This document shows, in pieces, positions 18,623 to 27,881 of a DNA stretch of 41,439 nt. Position 1 is the stretch's first letter; each line of letters opens with the position of its first letter. Source of the DNA: Candidatus Hodarchaeota archaeon (GTDB lineage Archaea; Asgardarchaeota; Heimdallarchaeia; Hodarchaeales; Hodarchaeaceae); assembly GCA_016839785.1 (NCBI GenBank), contig JAEOTQ010000004.1, positions 1 to 41,439 of the forward strand, given 5' to 3'. The notes beneath the pieces are model-generated. The model saw only the letters and a list, made by a program, of their open reading frames with translations, had not been told where the DNA came from and ran no database searches. The position numbers were made by a program, and so were the translations under genes.

Positions 18623-20800
18623 TCAGATTGTCATTTTTGACCCAAAGTGTGGAATTTCCATTTCCCCTAAATTAAATTGACCACGCTTGTTCTCTTTGTC
18701 AAGTGTAAATGGGTCTTTTGTAAGTTCACCTAGATGGACAAGGGCCTTCTTTCCTTTCACATCAGAAAGAAACTTCGATAATGTTGTACTACTCGAGTGA
18801 GCACTAAATCGTGTATACACGATATTCTGTTTGTAACTTGGTTCTAATCCATGAAGTAACCGATATGCCAGTGTATTCTTTGCGAGATATCCGCAGAGAA
18901 TAATCGAAGTTTCGGGATCGGTCTTTGTTTCTTCAACGAGCTGACGAGCATAACCACCATTTAACATACCCCCTCCAGCGATCACTACCTCATTATCAAA
19001 CGATTGTGCAAGTCGATCACTCAAATGTGCCTTTGTTTTTATCCCAGAAATTCGTGCCACTTTTGAAGCCATTCCTAGTAGTGAAACTTTATGATTTCTT
19101 GTAATTCCTCCATTTTCTAGCTTTAATAGTATTTCTTGAGCTCTACCAACGCTAAAAGCAGGAATTATCACTCTCTTTGATTCTCTTATTGTTTGGAATA
19201 AAAGTTTATCTCTTACTTTGGGATCAACAGCCTTTTGCCCGTAATAAGTGCTATCAACAATAGAAAGATTAGAATCTTTTGGGATTTTAGGGACCTTATC
19301 TCGAAATAGGGCACATGGATCAAAATTTACATCGCCAGTAAATAGAACCTTTTTTGCATTACTTTCAATTTGGTAAGCATACGATCCTTGAATGTGATGT
19401 GCACTAAAAGGTTTAATCGTGATATCTGGTGTAATTTGATATTCTTCACCTGATTTAATTGGAATGAATTTTTCTAACATTTGATAAAGATAGGCTTCCT
19501 GGGATAAGACTTTGAATCGGAAATCAGAGAGATTGACTTGTTTTGAAAAATTCTGCTGCATAAGCTTTTGACTATCGGATAACAAAAAACTGGCCAATTG
19601 TTTTGTCATTGAGCTTCCAAAGACATGCCCTGAATAACCTTGACTAAATAAATAGGGAACGGCCCCTGAATGATCTAAATGCGCATGAGTGAGAAAAATT
19701 GCATCAATGTTGGGTAAAGCTTGATTCCAATAAGGAAATTGGTAATTTGCGACTGATAATCCATAGTCTATTAAGATAGACGACTTAGATGTCGAGATCA
19801 ATATTCCCATAGTCCCAATTTGTGCCCCTCCTAGGAATGTAACTTCCAGTAATTTTTCTTTAGTTGGAATTGGATACGCTAGTTTTTCAAGATATTCTGG
19901 AAGAATTTCTGGGGGAATTGATGTGGGTAGATCTGAAGTATGAACGGTACTAGCTTTTAACTTCTTGATGAATGGTTTAATAAATGCACCATAACTAAGA
20001 GGTATCGAAGCTATATGTTTTTCCTTTCGTTGGGCTAGTAGATCTTTTAAAAAATCTTCAACTGATTCGTAACTGGGAGGACTCCATTTATCAGCCAATT
20101 GAGCTAATGCTTGCTCAGTTATCTTATTTAAAGTTGAATGATCAATCCATTGTTTCAAAGTGGGTATAATCAAATCATAATCTAGTCTCTCGACCATTTC
20201 TGGTATATATTCTGGATAATTTTGACAGGTGCTCACAGGTAATTCTTCTATGGCTTTTAGGGTCTCCTTTTGTTTCGGAAATGCAGAAATAAGATTTTGG
20301 ATAAGTTCGTCAAAACCTAGAGGAGGGATTCCAAGGAATCGAATTGTGGAAGTGAATTTTTCAATCGGTTTTACATCAGAAGAGGCAAAATAACCTAAAA
20401 GCTCAACCATAAATTCATTAATCTTTGTAACAGTTAGCTTAGGTTCTGGACTATGTGTATAAAGGAACCTAATGACGCTTCTAACGTCCTCTATATCGAG
20501 ATAGTCGAGAAATACACCACTCAAAATAAATTTCAAAACTTGATCCTGTTGTTCTAATAGCTGATCAGTGTTTGCATAATCACTATTGAAGATACTTTTA
20601 ATGGAGTTCCAGAGTAAATTTTCGTCCTCAAAAAAATCATGATTAACACAGTTGGTCCGAGAAATTAACCAAAATAGTTGATATTTTTCTTTAGGAGTGA
20701 GAGCTAAAATTGTACTCTGAGTTTTTTCTTCCATAGAGAGGTCCACACATTCATTTAGGGATATACTTAATTCTTTAATCAGTGGAGATGGTGTATTCAT
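18623..20800 (-). CDS. Metallo-beta-lactamase beta-CASP nuclease with ~315-aa N-terminal helical extension
   Basis: FLGGAQIG, LIDYG, THAHLDHSG, HIQGS, FTGD, DSTY, IPAFSVGRAQE, GML.GG, FSAH, LVH. Likely start is the ATG at 20800 (MNTPSPL). Confidence 0.88.
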   Translation of the reverse strand: MNTPSPLIKELSISLNECVDLSMEEKTQSTILALTPKEKYQLFWLISRTNCVNHDFFEDENLLWNSIKSIFNSDYANTDQLLEQQDQVLKFILSGVFLDYLDIEDVRSVIRFLYTHSPEPKLTVTKINEFMVELLGYFASSDVKPIEKFTSTIRFLGIPPLGFDELIQNLISAFPKQKETLKAIEELPVSTCQNYPEYIPEMVERLDYDLIIPTLKQWIDHSTLNKITEQALAQLADKWSPPSYESVEDFLKDLLAQRKEKHIASIPLSYGAFIKPFIKKLKASTVHTSDLPTSIPPEILPEYLEKLAYPIPTKEKLLEVTFLGGAQIGTMGILISTSKSSILIDYGLSVANYQFPYWNQALPNIDAIFLTHAHLDHSGAVPYLFSQGYSGHVFGSSMTKQLASFLLSDSQKLMQQNFSKQVNLSDFRFKVLSQEAYLYQMLEKFIPIKSGEEYQITPDITIKPFSAHHIQGSYAYQIESNAKKVLFTGDVNFDPCALFRDKVPKIPKDSNLSIVDSTYYGQKAVDPKVRDKLLFQTIRESKRVIIPAFSVGRAQEILLKLENGGITRNHKVSLLGMASKVARISGIKTKAHLSDRLAQSFDNEVVIAGGGMLNGGYARQLVEETKTDPETSIILCGYLAKNTLAYRLLHGLEPSYKQNIVYTRFSAHSSSTTLSKFLSDVKGKKALVHLGELTKDPFTLDKENKRGQFNLGEMEIPHFGSKMTI

Positions 20801-20834
20801 ATTCCTCAACTGCGTTAACGCTAATAATTTGATC

Positions 20835-22247
20835 TTAAAGCACTGGAGTAATAGTATAGTCGATATAACCTCGTACAAGTACTGATTCTATCGCATAATA
20901 TTCAGTGGCCGGAATTATACCTTCCAAAACTAACGCGCGATTGATTAAATCGATTTTCCAATGGGATGTCGCCGCTGTTGTCCCACCACGATACTCTTGA
21001 TTCTCTTTCAACCAACCAACTACAACGTCACCCTCTAACCTTGCTTTAGAAACGAGAATGGCAATAAATTCATTTAATGCTGGAATCCCGTACATATTTT
21101 CGAGAACATCAAGTCCTATATTGATGAGAATAGTCTGATTGTTTTCTTTTCGAAAATTTTCTTTAATATTTTCAATTAGCTTTAGTAATTCTTCAATGGT
21201 CTTTGGTAATGTGATTCTATGAGATTCTTCACCTGGGACAAATCGTTCAAAATATCTTGCCTGATTGACCCAATTTTTATTACCTGTGAAGACATCATAA
21301 TATGGTTTCTTCGTATCGAATGTGATTCCTTCTCGCAATATACTAATAATCGCACGTTTGTTATTTAGGTGATTTGTAATGAGGGGAAAAAGTATGATAT
21401 CTAAACCATCACCAACAATTGTAGAAACTTCAAAAAAATTGTAAGACCCTTTCTGAAATCCTCCTCCCAAGAGGGTGTCAAAATCAGCAGAACCCGATGA
21501 AATATGCTGTTCATCTGAATCTGGAATTGTCTTAGATTTCAATAATATTGCAGGGAAACGGTATTTGAAGGGGGGAAAGGTTTTCATTCGTCCTGTAGAT
21601 AAGGTAGTGAGATAAGTTTCATTGGAAATCTCAATTCCTCTCATTTTAGGGAAGCTCAGTTCACGAATTCGCCGTGAAATTCCATATGAAGAAGTGATAC
21701 TTCTTTTACTCAAAACTGCATGGCCATCGACCATCCAATCGAGTGTAGAATCTTTAATTCCCTCTTCAACAAATATTATCTTGTCGTTTTTTCCCTGAAC
21801 TCTTTGGACAATTGCTGACTCCCAATGATGAATTTGGGTTTCAGATAAATTTCCAACAACTGCATTCCAGCTATCGATAACGAAAATCCGATTGGAAAGA
21901 TCAGTACCTAAGTTGAATAGTTGTTGCACGAACTCTGGGATGGTCTCAAAATTCATTTTCTGAACCATTTTATTTTCGGAAACCTTTCCTGATCGTGTAG
22001 CATCAATGAAAAATGGATATTTACGATCCTTGGGAATTAAATCATTCAACCATAAAGAATCTTCAATAATCGCTTCTGGATCGATACGTGTACTTATAAA
22101 AAAGGAGTTAGGGGATCTAGCGACTAGTTCAAGGGCCAAACTTGACTTACCTGTTCCAGGAAGTCCTTTGATTAATAATGAATAACTCTTATCTGTAATT
22201 GTAAAACTTGAAAATTCTTCTGGTAGTAAAATTTTGAATGTGCCCAT
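20835..22247 (-). CDS. KaiC/RecA-superfamily duplicated ATPase (GvpD-like)
   Basis: Walker A GLPGTGKS, Walker B VIDSW, VDG, KMRG arginine finger. The second domain starts SSG..DFDTLLGGGF but lacks Walker A. Confidence 0.85.
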   Translation of the reverse strand: MGTFKILLPEEFSSFTITDKSYSLLIKGLPGTGKSSLALELVARSPNSFFISTRIDPEAIIEDSLWLNDLIPKDRKYPFFIDATRSGKVSENKMVQKMNFETIPEFVQQLFNLGTDLSNRIFVIDSWNAVVGNLSETQIHHWESAIVQRVQGKNDKIIFVEEGIKDSTLDWMVDGHAVLSKRSITSSYGISRRIRELSFPKMRGIEISNETYLTTLSTGRMKTFPPFKYRFPAILLKSKTIPDSDEQHISSGSADFDTLLGGGFQKGSYNFFEVSTIVGDGLDIILFPLITNHLNNKRAIISILREGITFDTKKPYYDVFTGNKNWVNQARYFERFVPGEESHRITLPKTIEELLKLIENIKENFRKENNQTILINIGLDVLENMYGIPALNEFIAILVSKARLEGDVVVGWLKENQEYRGGTTAATSHWKIDLINRALVLEGIIPATEYYAIESVLVRGYIDYTITPVL

Positions 22248-22308
22248 CTTACGACTCTCAAATTTCAGTTACAATTTGACCAGCTGGGTTACTTGATTGT
22301 TACAAGAA

Positions 22309-22620
22309 TTATTCGTTTAAAAACACTTGGAGCTGATCAAAATCATGAAAGAGCTTAATTTTTTTAGACAAAGTTGGTTCCATGAGATTATTAATTGGAT
22401 CTAATAATAATATCTGGTTTTTAGACACGCGAGATAACTCTCTTTCTGCTGCTAATAAACCAGTTAGGGTTTTACTGACACCCAGTGTGTAATTTTTTTT
22501 GCGAAACCTCTTCTTTGAGCGTAGTTCAATTGATACGTATTTCTGATGTGAGGAAATAGCCTCCAGTTCAAAACCACAGAAAGTAACCGTCGATCGAATT
22601 TGGTCAATAATTTGCTTCAT
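22309..22620 (-). CDS. Small hypothetical protein
   Basis: 103-aa ORF with GAGG upstream of the ATG, co-oriented with the ATPase gene. Confidence 0.65.
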   Translation of the reverse strand: MKQIIDQIRSTVTFCGFELEAISSHQKYVSIELRSKKRFRKKNYTLGVSKTLTGLLAAERELSRVSKNQILLLDPINNLMEPTLSKKIKLFHDFDQLQVFLNE

Positions 22621-22756
22621 GACAATGCCTCATTACAGCTGATTTATGCTGGAATTATGAGTTATTTATGTTGAGTTTATGTATCATCTTTTAAAAAGGT
22701 TCTAGATTATTAAAATAACTAAATTAAAGTCAATTTTATTCACATGAGATCATCAA

Positions 22757-22985
22757 CTAGTTCGTTGCTGGTGCTAGCCTCATTCGTATTGGATGTAACC
22801 CGACATCCTCTATCCTGTCAGCGTCAATAGCGTTCAGGAATGCTTTTTTTAAGATATTATAGGCCCCATTCACGTCAGCATTAATAATAGTGCCTTTTTT
22901 AGATTTAAACAATCCTCTACTAATTCTTTTCCCAACCTATTTGTCATGGTTTACTTTTATCCACCAAAGAATGAAACATCTCAAG
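22757..22985 (-). pseudogene. tnpB: IS200/IS605-family tnpB 3' remnant
   Basis: Minus-strand translation KVNHDK*VGKRISRGLFKSKKGTIINADVNGAYNILKKAFLNAIDADRIEDVGLHPIRMRLAPATN*. Contains the RuvC-III NADxNGAxNI motif and an in-frame TAG at 22937-22939. Confidence 0.9.
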
Positions 22986-23062
22986 TTTGAACGCGCCCTT
23001 TTATTATTACTGTTGTATTCCTAGATTTTTTCAATCCTTACTCGCATATGCCTCCCTGTTTT

Positions 23063-23096
23063 TCACTCTATCGACAAATATTTGGTGTCGATGTGA
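23063..23096. other. Stem-loop (mtnA terminator or IS200/IS605 left-end hairpin)
   Basis: TCAC-tct-ATCGACA-aatatttgg-TGTCGAT-GTGA, between the mtnA stop and the tnpB remnant. Confidence 0.45.
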
Positions 23097-23122
23097 TTTC
23101 TAGGGTTTTGTTTTACGCCGTT

Positions 23123-24184
23123 CTAGTTTGAATAAACTCGAAGGAGTTCTTCCTTGGTCAATATCCCATGAGGAGTTATATAGCCACTCAATAATTCAGC
23201 GGGTGTAACATCGAAAGCAGGATTATAACAACGAGTATTATCTTGATAAACTGAAATACATGTCTGTTTGTTCATCGTTTTAGAAAATCCTCTTACTTCG
23301 TAGATCTCCTGAGGGTTTCTCTCCTCAATCACGATTTCAGCACCCGTAGGAGTATTTAAATCGAATGTAGTGTCTGGAAAAGCAGAATAAAATGGAATAG
23401 AATAATGATTAGCAATTACTGCCAGATTATGAGTTCCCACTTTGTTTGCGATGTCCCCATTTCTAACTACACGATCTGCTCCCAATATAACAAGGTCTAC
23501 TTTTCCTGACGACATCAGATGACCACTCGCTGAATCACAGATAACTGTATGATCTACTCCATATTGGCTTAATTCCCATGAAGTGAGTCTCCCCTGCATA
23601 CGAGGTCGTGTTTCATCAACATAAACATGGAAACGAATGCCCTCCTCCCAAGAAGTCACTAATGGTGCAAGAGCTGATCCATGATCGACTAATGCTAATG
23701 CACCTGTATGACAATGAGTAAGAATATTCATATTTTCTCTGATTAAACTTTTTCCTACTTCTCCTATTTCTTTCCCTTGCATAGCAATATTCTGGGCAAA
23801 TTTCTGGGCATATACAATAGCTTCTTCTGGTGAAACAGACCAAATGTCTTTTACAAAATCTAAACCATTTTTTAAATCGACCGCTGTTGGTCGTGAAGAT
23901 AATAAGTCATTGTAAGCCACTTGAACTTTTTCTAAATAATCAGGTTTTCCCCAAAATTCATTTATAGCTTGTGCTAATCCATAAGCGGCCGTGGCACCTA
24001 TAGAGGGAGCTCCACGGATTTTCATTGACATTATCGCCTCCACAACCTCACGATATGTCGAACAGGAATGAATTGATATTAGAAAAGGCAATTTTGTTTG
24101 ATCAATGAGCTGAACCATTTTTTGCTCGGAATTCCACCAGACTGCAGGTAAATCAGCTTCTTCTCCATTGATGTTTAATTTCAT
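23123..24184 (-). CDS. mtnA: S-methyl-5-thioribose-1-phosphate isomerase (eIF2B-related family)
   Basis: IDQTKLP, IRGAPSIG, SRPTAVDL, LTHCHTGALA, VDETRP..QG, GADR, ANKVGT, NPAFDVTP. Confidence 0.92.
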   Translation of the reverse strand: MKLNINGEEADLPAVWWNSEQKMVQLIDQTKLPFLISIHSCSTYREVVEAIMSMKIRGAPSIGATAAYGLAQAINEFWGKPDYLEKVQVAYNDLLSSRPTAVDLKNGLDFVKDIWSVSPEEAIVYAQKFAQNIAMQGKEIGEVGKSLIRENMNILTHCHTGALALVDHGSALAPLVTSWEEGIRFHVYVDETRPRMQGRLTSWELSQYGVDHTVICDSASGHLMSSGKVDLVILGADRVVRNGDIANKVGTHNLAVIANHYSIPFYSAFPDTTFDLNTPTGAEIVIEERNPQEIYEVRGFSKTMNKQTCISVYQDNTRCYNPAFDVTPAELLSGYITPHGILTKEELLRVYSN

Positions 24185-24286
24185 GATGAATTATCTCCAA
24201 AGTGTTAAATTTGTATAGTGGCATCAGTAAGGAAGATTTAATTTTTCCTATCATAAATTCTCCTCAGTAATTGTAATTATATAGGA

Positions 24287-25309
24287 ATGATTTTGGTCGA
24301 TTCTTTGATGATTTATCTCCTTGTTAAACTCGCAAGATTTGTTACACATAAGGAACAAGAATCCATTGCGAGAGATTTAACCCATTCTTTAAGTAAATAT
24401 TCTAAATCCGTTAATATTGTAAGTGATACTTGGGGAAGTCGAAATCGATTACTGATCCACTTACCTAATGAAACAAAACTCTCATCAGAAATTCGTAAAA
24501 ATATCTTACGGAATCCAGGAGTTAATAACCTGGTAATCTTTTATCAAAACAATTTTGAATTTGAAACAAATTCACTAACTCAACTAATAACATATTTAGA
24601 GGAGTTTATTGGAAAAGCTACTGATAATAATACCGTAACTGCTTATTATCAAGCTTTCGGACGTGTTCCATTTCATAGAAAAGCTATTCTTGACAGATTA
24701 AAGAAAAAAGGTATAATTCAAAGCTCAAACTCGAATTTTCACCTATATTTGGAAGTTAAAAAGAGTAGTCAAACAAAGGACGGAAAAACGCCCATTAAAG
24801 CTCGTCTAGGGGAAAAATTAATTCCAATCTCTTCTCCTAAGAGAACTGACTTACCTCCTACACTCATACTATACTCTCCCTATACAATTCAAGAAGTCGC
24901 TGATTTTTTCCGTTTGGCTTTAACGTTTAAAACAAAAATCTTGTTAACTGATGAAAATAATATCGTAACAAAGGTGGTTGAGCAGGTGGAGAATACTTTC
25001 TTCAAAGGTATCACGAAGATTGAATATGAGATCGTTCCATCTCTCAATAAGATCCTGCAAGAACATGAAAATGATACCTTCTATGGATTCTCTCTTTGGG
25101 GTTCACTTCCAATAAATGAGCTACCAGGGATGATAAAATCAGGTGGGGCGAAAATGGAAAATCTCTTTTTTGTTTTTGGGAATGAAGAGAAGGGTCTTCC
25201 TTTAGATGTAAGAAAGGAGATTCAAATGGTGCGTATTGGAGACAAAGCCTCAGAACCCCTTCGTGCTTCTCAAGCTGCGGCATATGCACTTGGAATGCTC
25301 AATATATAG
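24287..25309 (+). CDS. SPOUT (TrmH-like) RNA methyltransferase with extended N-terminal region
   Basis: C-terminal knot motifs FVFGNEEKGLP and IG...EPLRASQAAAYAL. Alternative start at 24308. Confidence 0.75.
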   Translation: MILVDSLMIYLLVKLARFVTHKEQESIARDLTHSLSKYSKSVNIVSDTWGSRNRLLIHLPNETKLSSEIRKNILRNPGVNNLVIFYQNNFEFETNSLTQLITYLEEFIGKATDNNTVTAYYQAFGRVPFHRKAILDRLKKKGIIQSSNSNFHLYLEVKKSSQTKDGKTPIKARLGEKLIPISSPKRTDLPPTLILYSPYTIQEVADFFRLALTFKTKILLTDENNIVTKVVEQVENTFFKGITKIEYEIVPSLNKILQEHENDTFYGFSLWGSLPINELPGMIKSGGAKMENLFFVFGNEEKGLPLDVRKEIQMVRIGDKASEPLRASQAAAYALGMLNI

Positions 25310-25335
25310 GCAAATACTTTTGTTCTCGACTAATC

Positions 25336-26388
25336 CTATTCTTCGAGAAGTTTAGAAACTGGCATTTCGTGGATAAAATGCTGACCTAGCTTTATCAATA
25401 CTTCCGCAATATGTTTTTCCCACATACCAGCCCGAATAATTAAATGACTTCCCAAGAAAAAATCAATTGGCAATCGAGAATATATCTGGGAAATATCATA
25501 TGTCTGTTTATATGCTGTTAGTATTAATGGAACCCAAGAACGGGTGATAGAAGAACTCAAAATTTTTGTATCTATACCGATGGAGATATTCTTTGCTACT
25601 TCTTCTTGTACTACATGACTAAGGATATACCCAATATCGTCCATTCTATCAAGCTTGGGTAACATTATTGAATCTATCCAAGCAATACTTGCAGGGGAAA
25701 CAAGAATATTGCTCATATGACTGTCACCATGGATGAATTCTACCCCTCCTTTAGACTGTTCTAAGACAGCAATCCAATAGTCAATATATCTTTCATCAAT
25801 GTAATTTTTAAGTAGTTTAAACAACGGATTATAAAGCTTAACGTTCGTTTGAAGCTGTTCTGATCCATGCAATCTTGCTAAGGCGTACCCTGCATATCCC
25901 CATCTATCATTTGGTTCCAGTGTATGTTGGAGTAAGGGATTAAAACCGCTTAAAAATTCTAAAAGCAAGGCTTTTACCTCTGGAATTACTTGAATTACTT
26001 GAGGAGAGAAAACATGATCAGGATATCGACGAATTCGCAACGGAAGTTCGTGATTTTCTTTCCACTTATCCCAATCTCGTTGACGAGTACTCAAATGGCG
26101 AGCTAGTCGCTCTGCGTTACTAACTTCGGCATCCAGATCATTTGCGAACTTAAGAACTATACCTCCATCTATTTCTCCTGCAAGTGAGGTTGATAATGCA
26201 GCCTCTATAACATACGTTTTTCCTCCAGCTCCAGTAAAGCATCGAATGTCCTTTAGCCGGGTATCAGATATTAGGCCCGTTACTACTCTTACATTCGCAG
26301 TAATTTTATCACTAGATTGAAGAATGATTGTCCTGACTCGATCATGAATTTTTTGCTGTTTATCTGTTGATTCTTCAAAATTACTCAT
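25336..26388 (-). CDS. APH/choline-kinase-like phosphotransferase
   Basis: GAGG glycine loop, VLK, LLLEFL, ALARLH, catalytic IHGDSHMSNIL, AWID. Confidence 0.8.
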   Translation of the reverse strand: MSNFEESTDKQQKIHDRVRTIILQSSDKITANVRVVTGLISDTRLKDIRCFTGAGGKTYVIEAALSTSLAGEIDGGIVLKFANDLDAEVSNAERLARHLSTRQRDWDKWKENHELPLRIRRYPDHVFSPQVIQVIPEVKALLLEFLSGFNPLLQHTLEPNDRWGYAGYALARLHGSEQLQTNVKLYNPLFKLLKNYIDERYIDYWIAVLEQSKGGVEFIHGDSHMSNILVSPASIAWIDSIMLPKLDRMDDIGYILSHVVQEEVAKNISIGIDTKILSSSITRSWVPLILTAYKQTYDISQIYSRLPIDFFLGSHLIIRAGMWEKHIAEVLIKLGQHFIHEMPVSKLLEE

Positions 26389-26401
26389 ATATTACCCCTC
26401 T

Positions 26402-27787
26402 TCAATATAGGTATTTCTGTAAGATGCGTCCTCTTTCAACCAGTGCATACATTCCATCCACAGAATCTTCTGCTGTATGGAATACTGGAATACCGTATCC
26501 TTCAAACTCGGCATTCACTGTTGGATCAGGAAGATTATATACTAATATAGGTTTTTTAGGATACTCTCGTTTAAGGAGAGCTATTCGTGCAGGTGTGTCT
26601 TTAGACACAACTGGTGCATCACTTCTAGGAACAACTATTAGTCCTGACACATTATTCTCTTTGAGAAATATTTTGGAAATTTCAGTTATCACTTCTGTAG
26701 TAGCTGATCCTGTTAAGTCCATAAACGCTAGTGGGTTGTTGTTTTTGTCTCTTGAGATAGCAGTTTGTACCGCATGTTTCTTAACAACTTCTTCTGTCTC
26801 TTCCACTACAGTATCTGGTAATTTCGCTAATTCTAATTTATATCGATTCATTCGATATAATGCCATTGCAGCGGGTCCGCCTGTATTTGTAACTAGTGCT
26901 ATGCTATTCCCAAATGCAGGGGGTTGTGAATAGAGAGCTTTAATGGAATTTATAAATTGAGAAGTGCTATCACATTGAATGATTCCTGATTGTCGTAATA
27001 TTTCTTTGTAGATACCCATAGTGCTAGCTACTGCTCCTGTATGTCCTTTAGCAGCCATAGACACATTTTCTGTGGAGGGTAGCTTAAGGACAACAATAGC
27101 TTTTTTCCGAGTAATTGCTTTTGAGACTTTTATAAATTTACGTCCACCTTTCACTCCTTCTATATACGCACCAATCACTTTTGTATCTGGATCTTGGCCG
27201 AAATATTCAATGAAATCTGTCTCATTCAAATCTGCAGCATTTCCATATGAAACGAATCGTTTTAGTCCTATTTTATTCTGATGAAGGGCGAGAAGAAGAT
27301 CAATCGCTAGAGACCCTGACTGTGAAATTAACGAGACATTCCCTTTTTCAGGTAGTTCGAAATTTGGAAACAAGGTATTGACCTGAGAATGCGTATCAAC
27401 AATTCCAAGACAATTTGGCCCAATTAGCCGTGAATCACCTAAAGCCTTCACTAATTCTTGTTGTAGATCATCTCGTCCAACTTCTGAGAATCCAGCTGTA
27501 ATACATACAATAGCAGGTATTCCTCTTTTTGAAACGTCGGCCACGGCTTGAATTGCCAATTTTGTGGGTAAAACGATGACAGCTAAATCTGGAACTTCTG
27601 GCAAATCGAATACACTTTTGTAACATTTGATCCCCATTATTTCTGTAACTCGGGGATTAATTGGAAAGACTCTTTGAAAATAAGGAACCACAAAATGGTT
27701 AAATATTAAGCGTCCGTATTTCTTTTCATCAGAAGACGCACCTAGAATGGCTACAGATCGTGGTTCAAAGAAGAAGTCAAGCATCAT
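26402..27787 (-). CDS. ADP-forming acyl-CoA synthetase alpha subunit (CoA-binding)
   Basis: FFEPRSVAILGAS, PINP, AGFSE.G, RLIGPNCLG, ISQSGS, SYGNAAD, YIEG, phospho-His GHTGA, TNTGG, DLTG. Confidence 0.92.
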   Translation of the reverse strand: MMLDFFFEPRSVAILGASSDEKKYGRLIFNHFVVPYFQRVFPINPRVTEIMGIKCYKSVFDLPEVPDLAVIVLPTKLAIQAVADVSKRGIPAIVCITAGFSEVGRDDLQQELVKALGDSRLIGPNCLGIVDTHSQVNTLFPNFELPEKGNVSLISQSGSLAIDLLLALHQNKIGLKRFVSYGNAADLNETDFIEYFGQDPDTKVIGAYIEGVKGGRKFIKVSKAITRKKAIVVLKLPSTENVSMAAKGHTGAVASTMGIYKEILRQSGIIQCDSTSQFINSIKALYSQPPAFGNSIALVTNTGGPAAMALYRMNRYKLELAKLPDTVVEETEEVVKKHAVQTAISRDKNNNPLAFMDLTGSATTEVITEISKIFLKENNVSGLIVVPRSDAPVVSKDTPARIALLKREYPKKPILVYNLPDPTVNAEFEGYGIPVFHTAEDSVDGMYALVERGRILQKYLY

Positions 27788-27881
27788 GAATTTCATCCAG
27801 ATTAATTGCCATAAATTCTTTCAATACATTCATAGGAGAGGGAGAATTGATTTTCTCGACACTCTATAAAATTGCTTCCCA

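Noticed and set aside
20835-22247. Gas-vesicle or circadian-clock interpretation of the GvpD/KaiC-like ATPase
   Set aside because: No gvpA or other gvp genes and no kaiA/kaiB in the window; the family is widespread outside those systems.
22937-22939. In-frame TAG in the tnpB fragment as pyrrolysine or readthrough
   Set aside because: The upstream sequence is also degenerate and the 5' part of the gene is missing; simple decay of a Tyr codon is more parsimonious.
23123-24184. Translation factor eIF2B subunit as a eukaryotic signature
   Set aside because: Catalytic THC and RGAP/DETRP motifs indicate MtnA, a metabolic isomerase.
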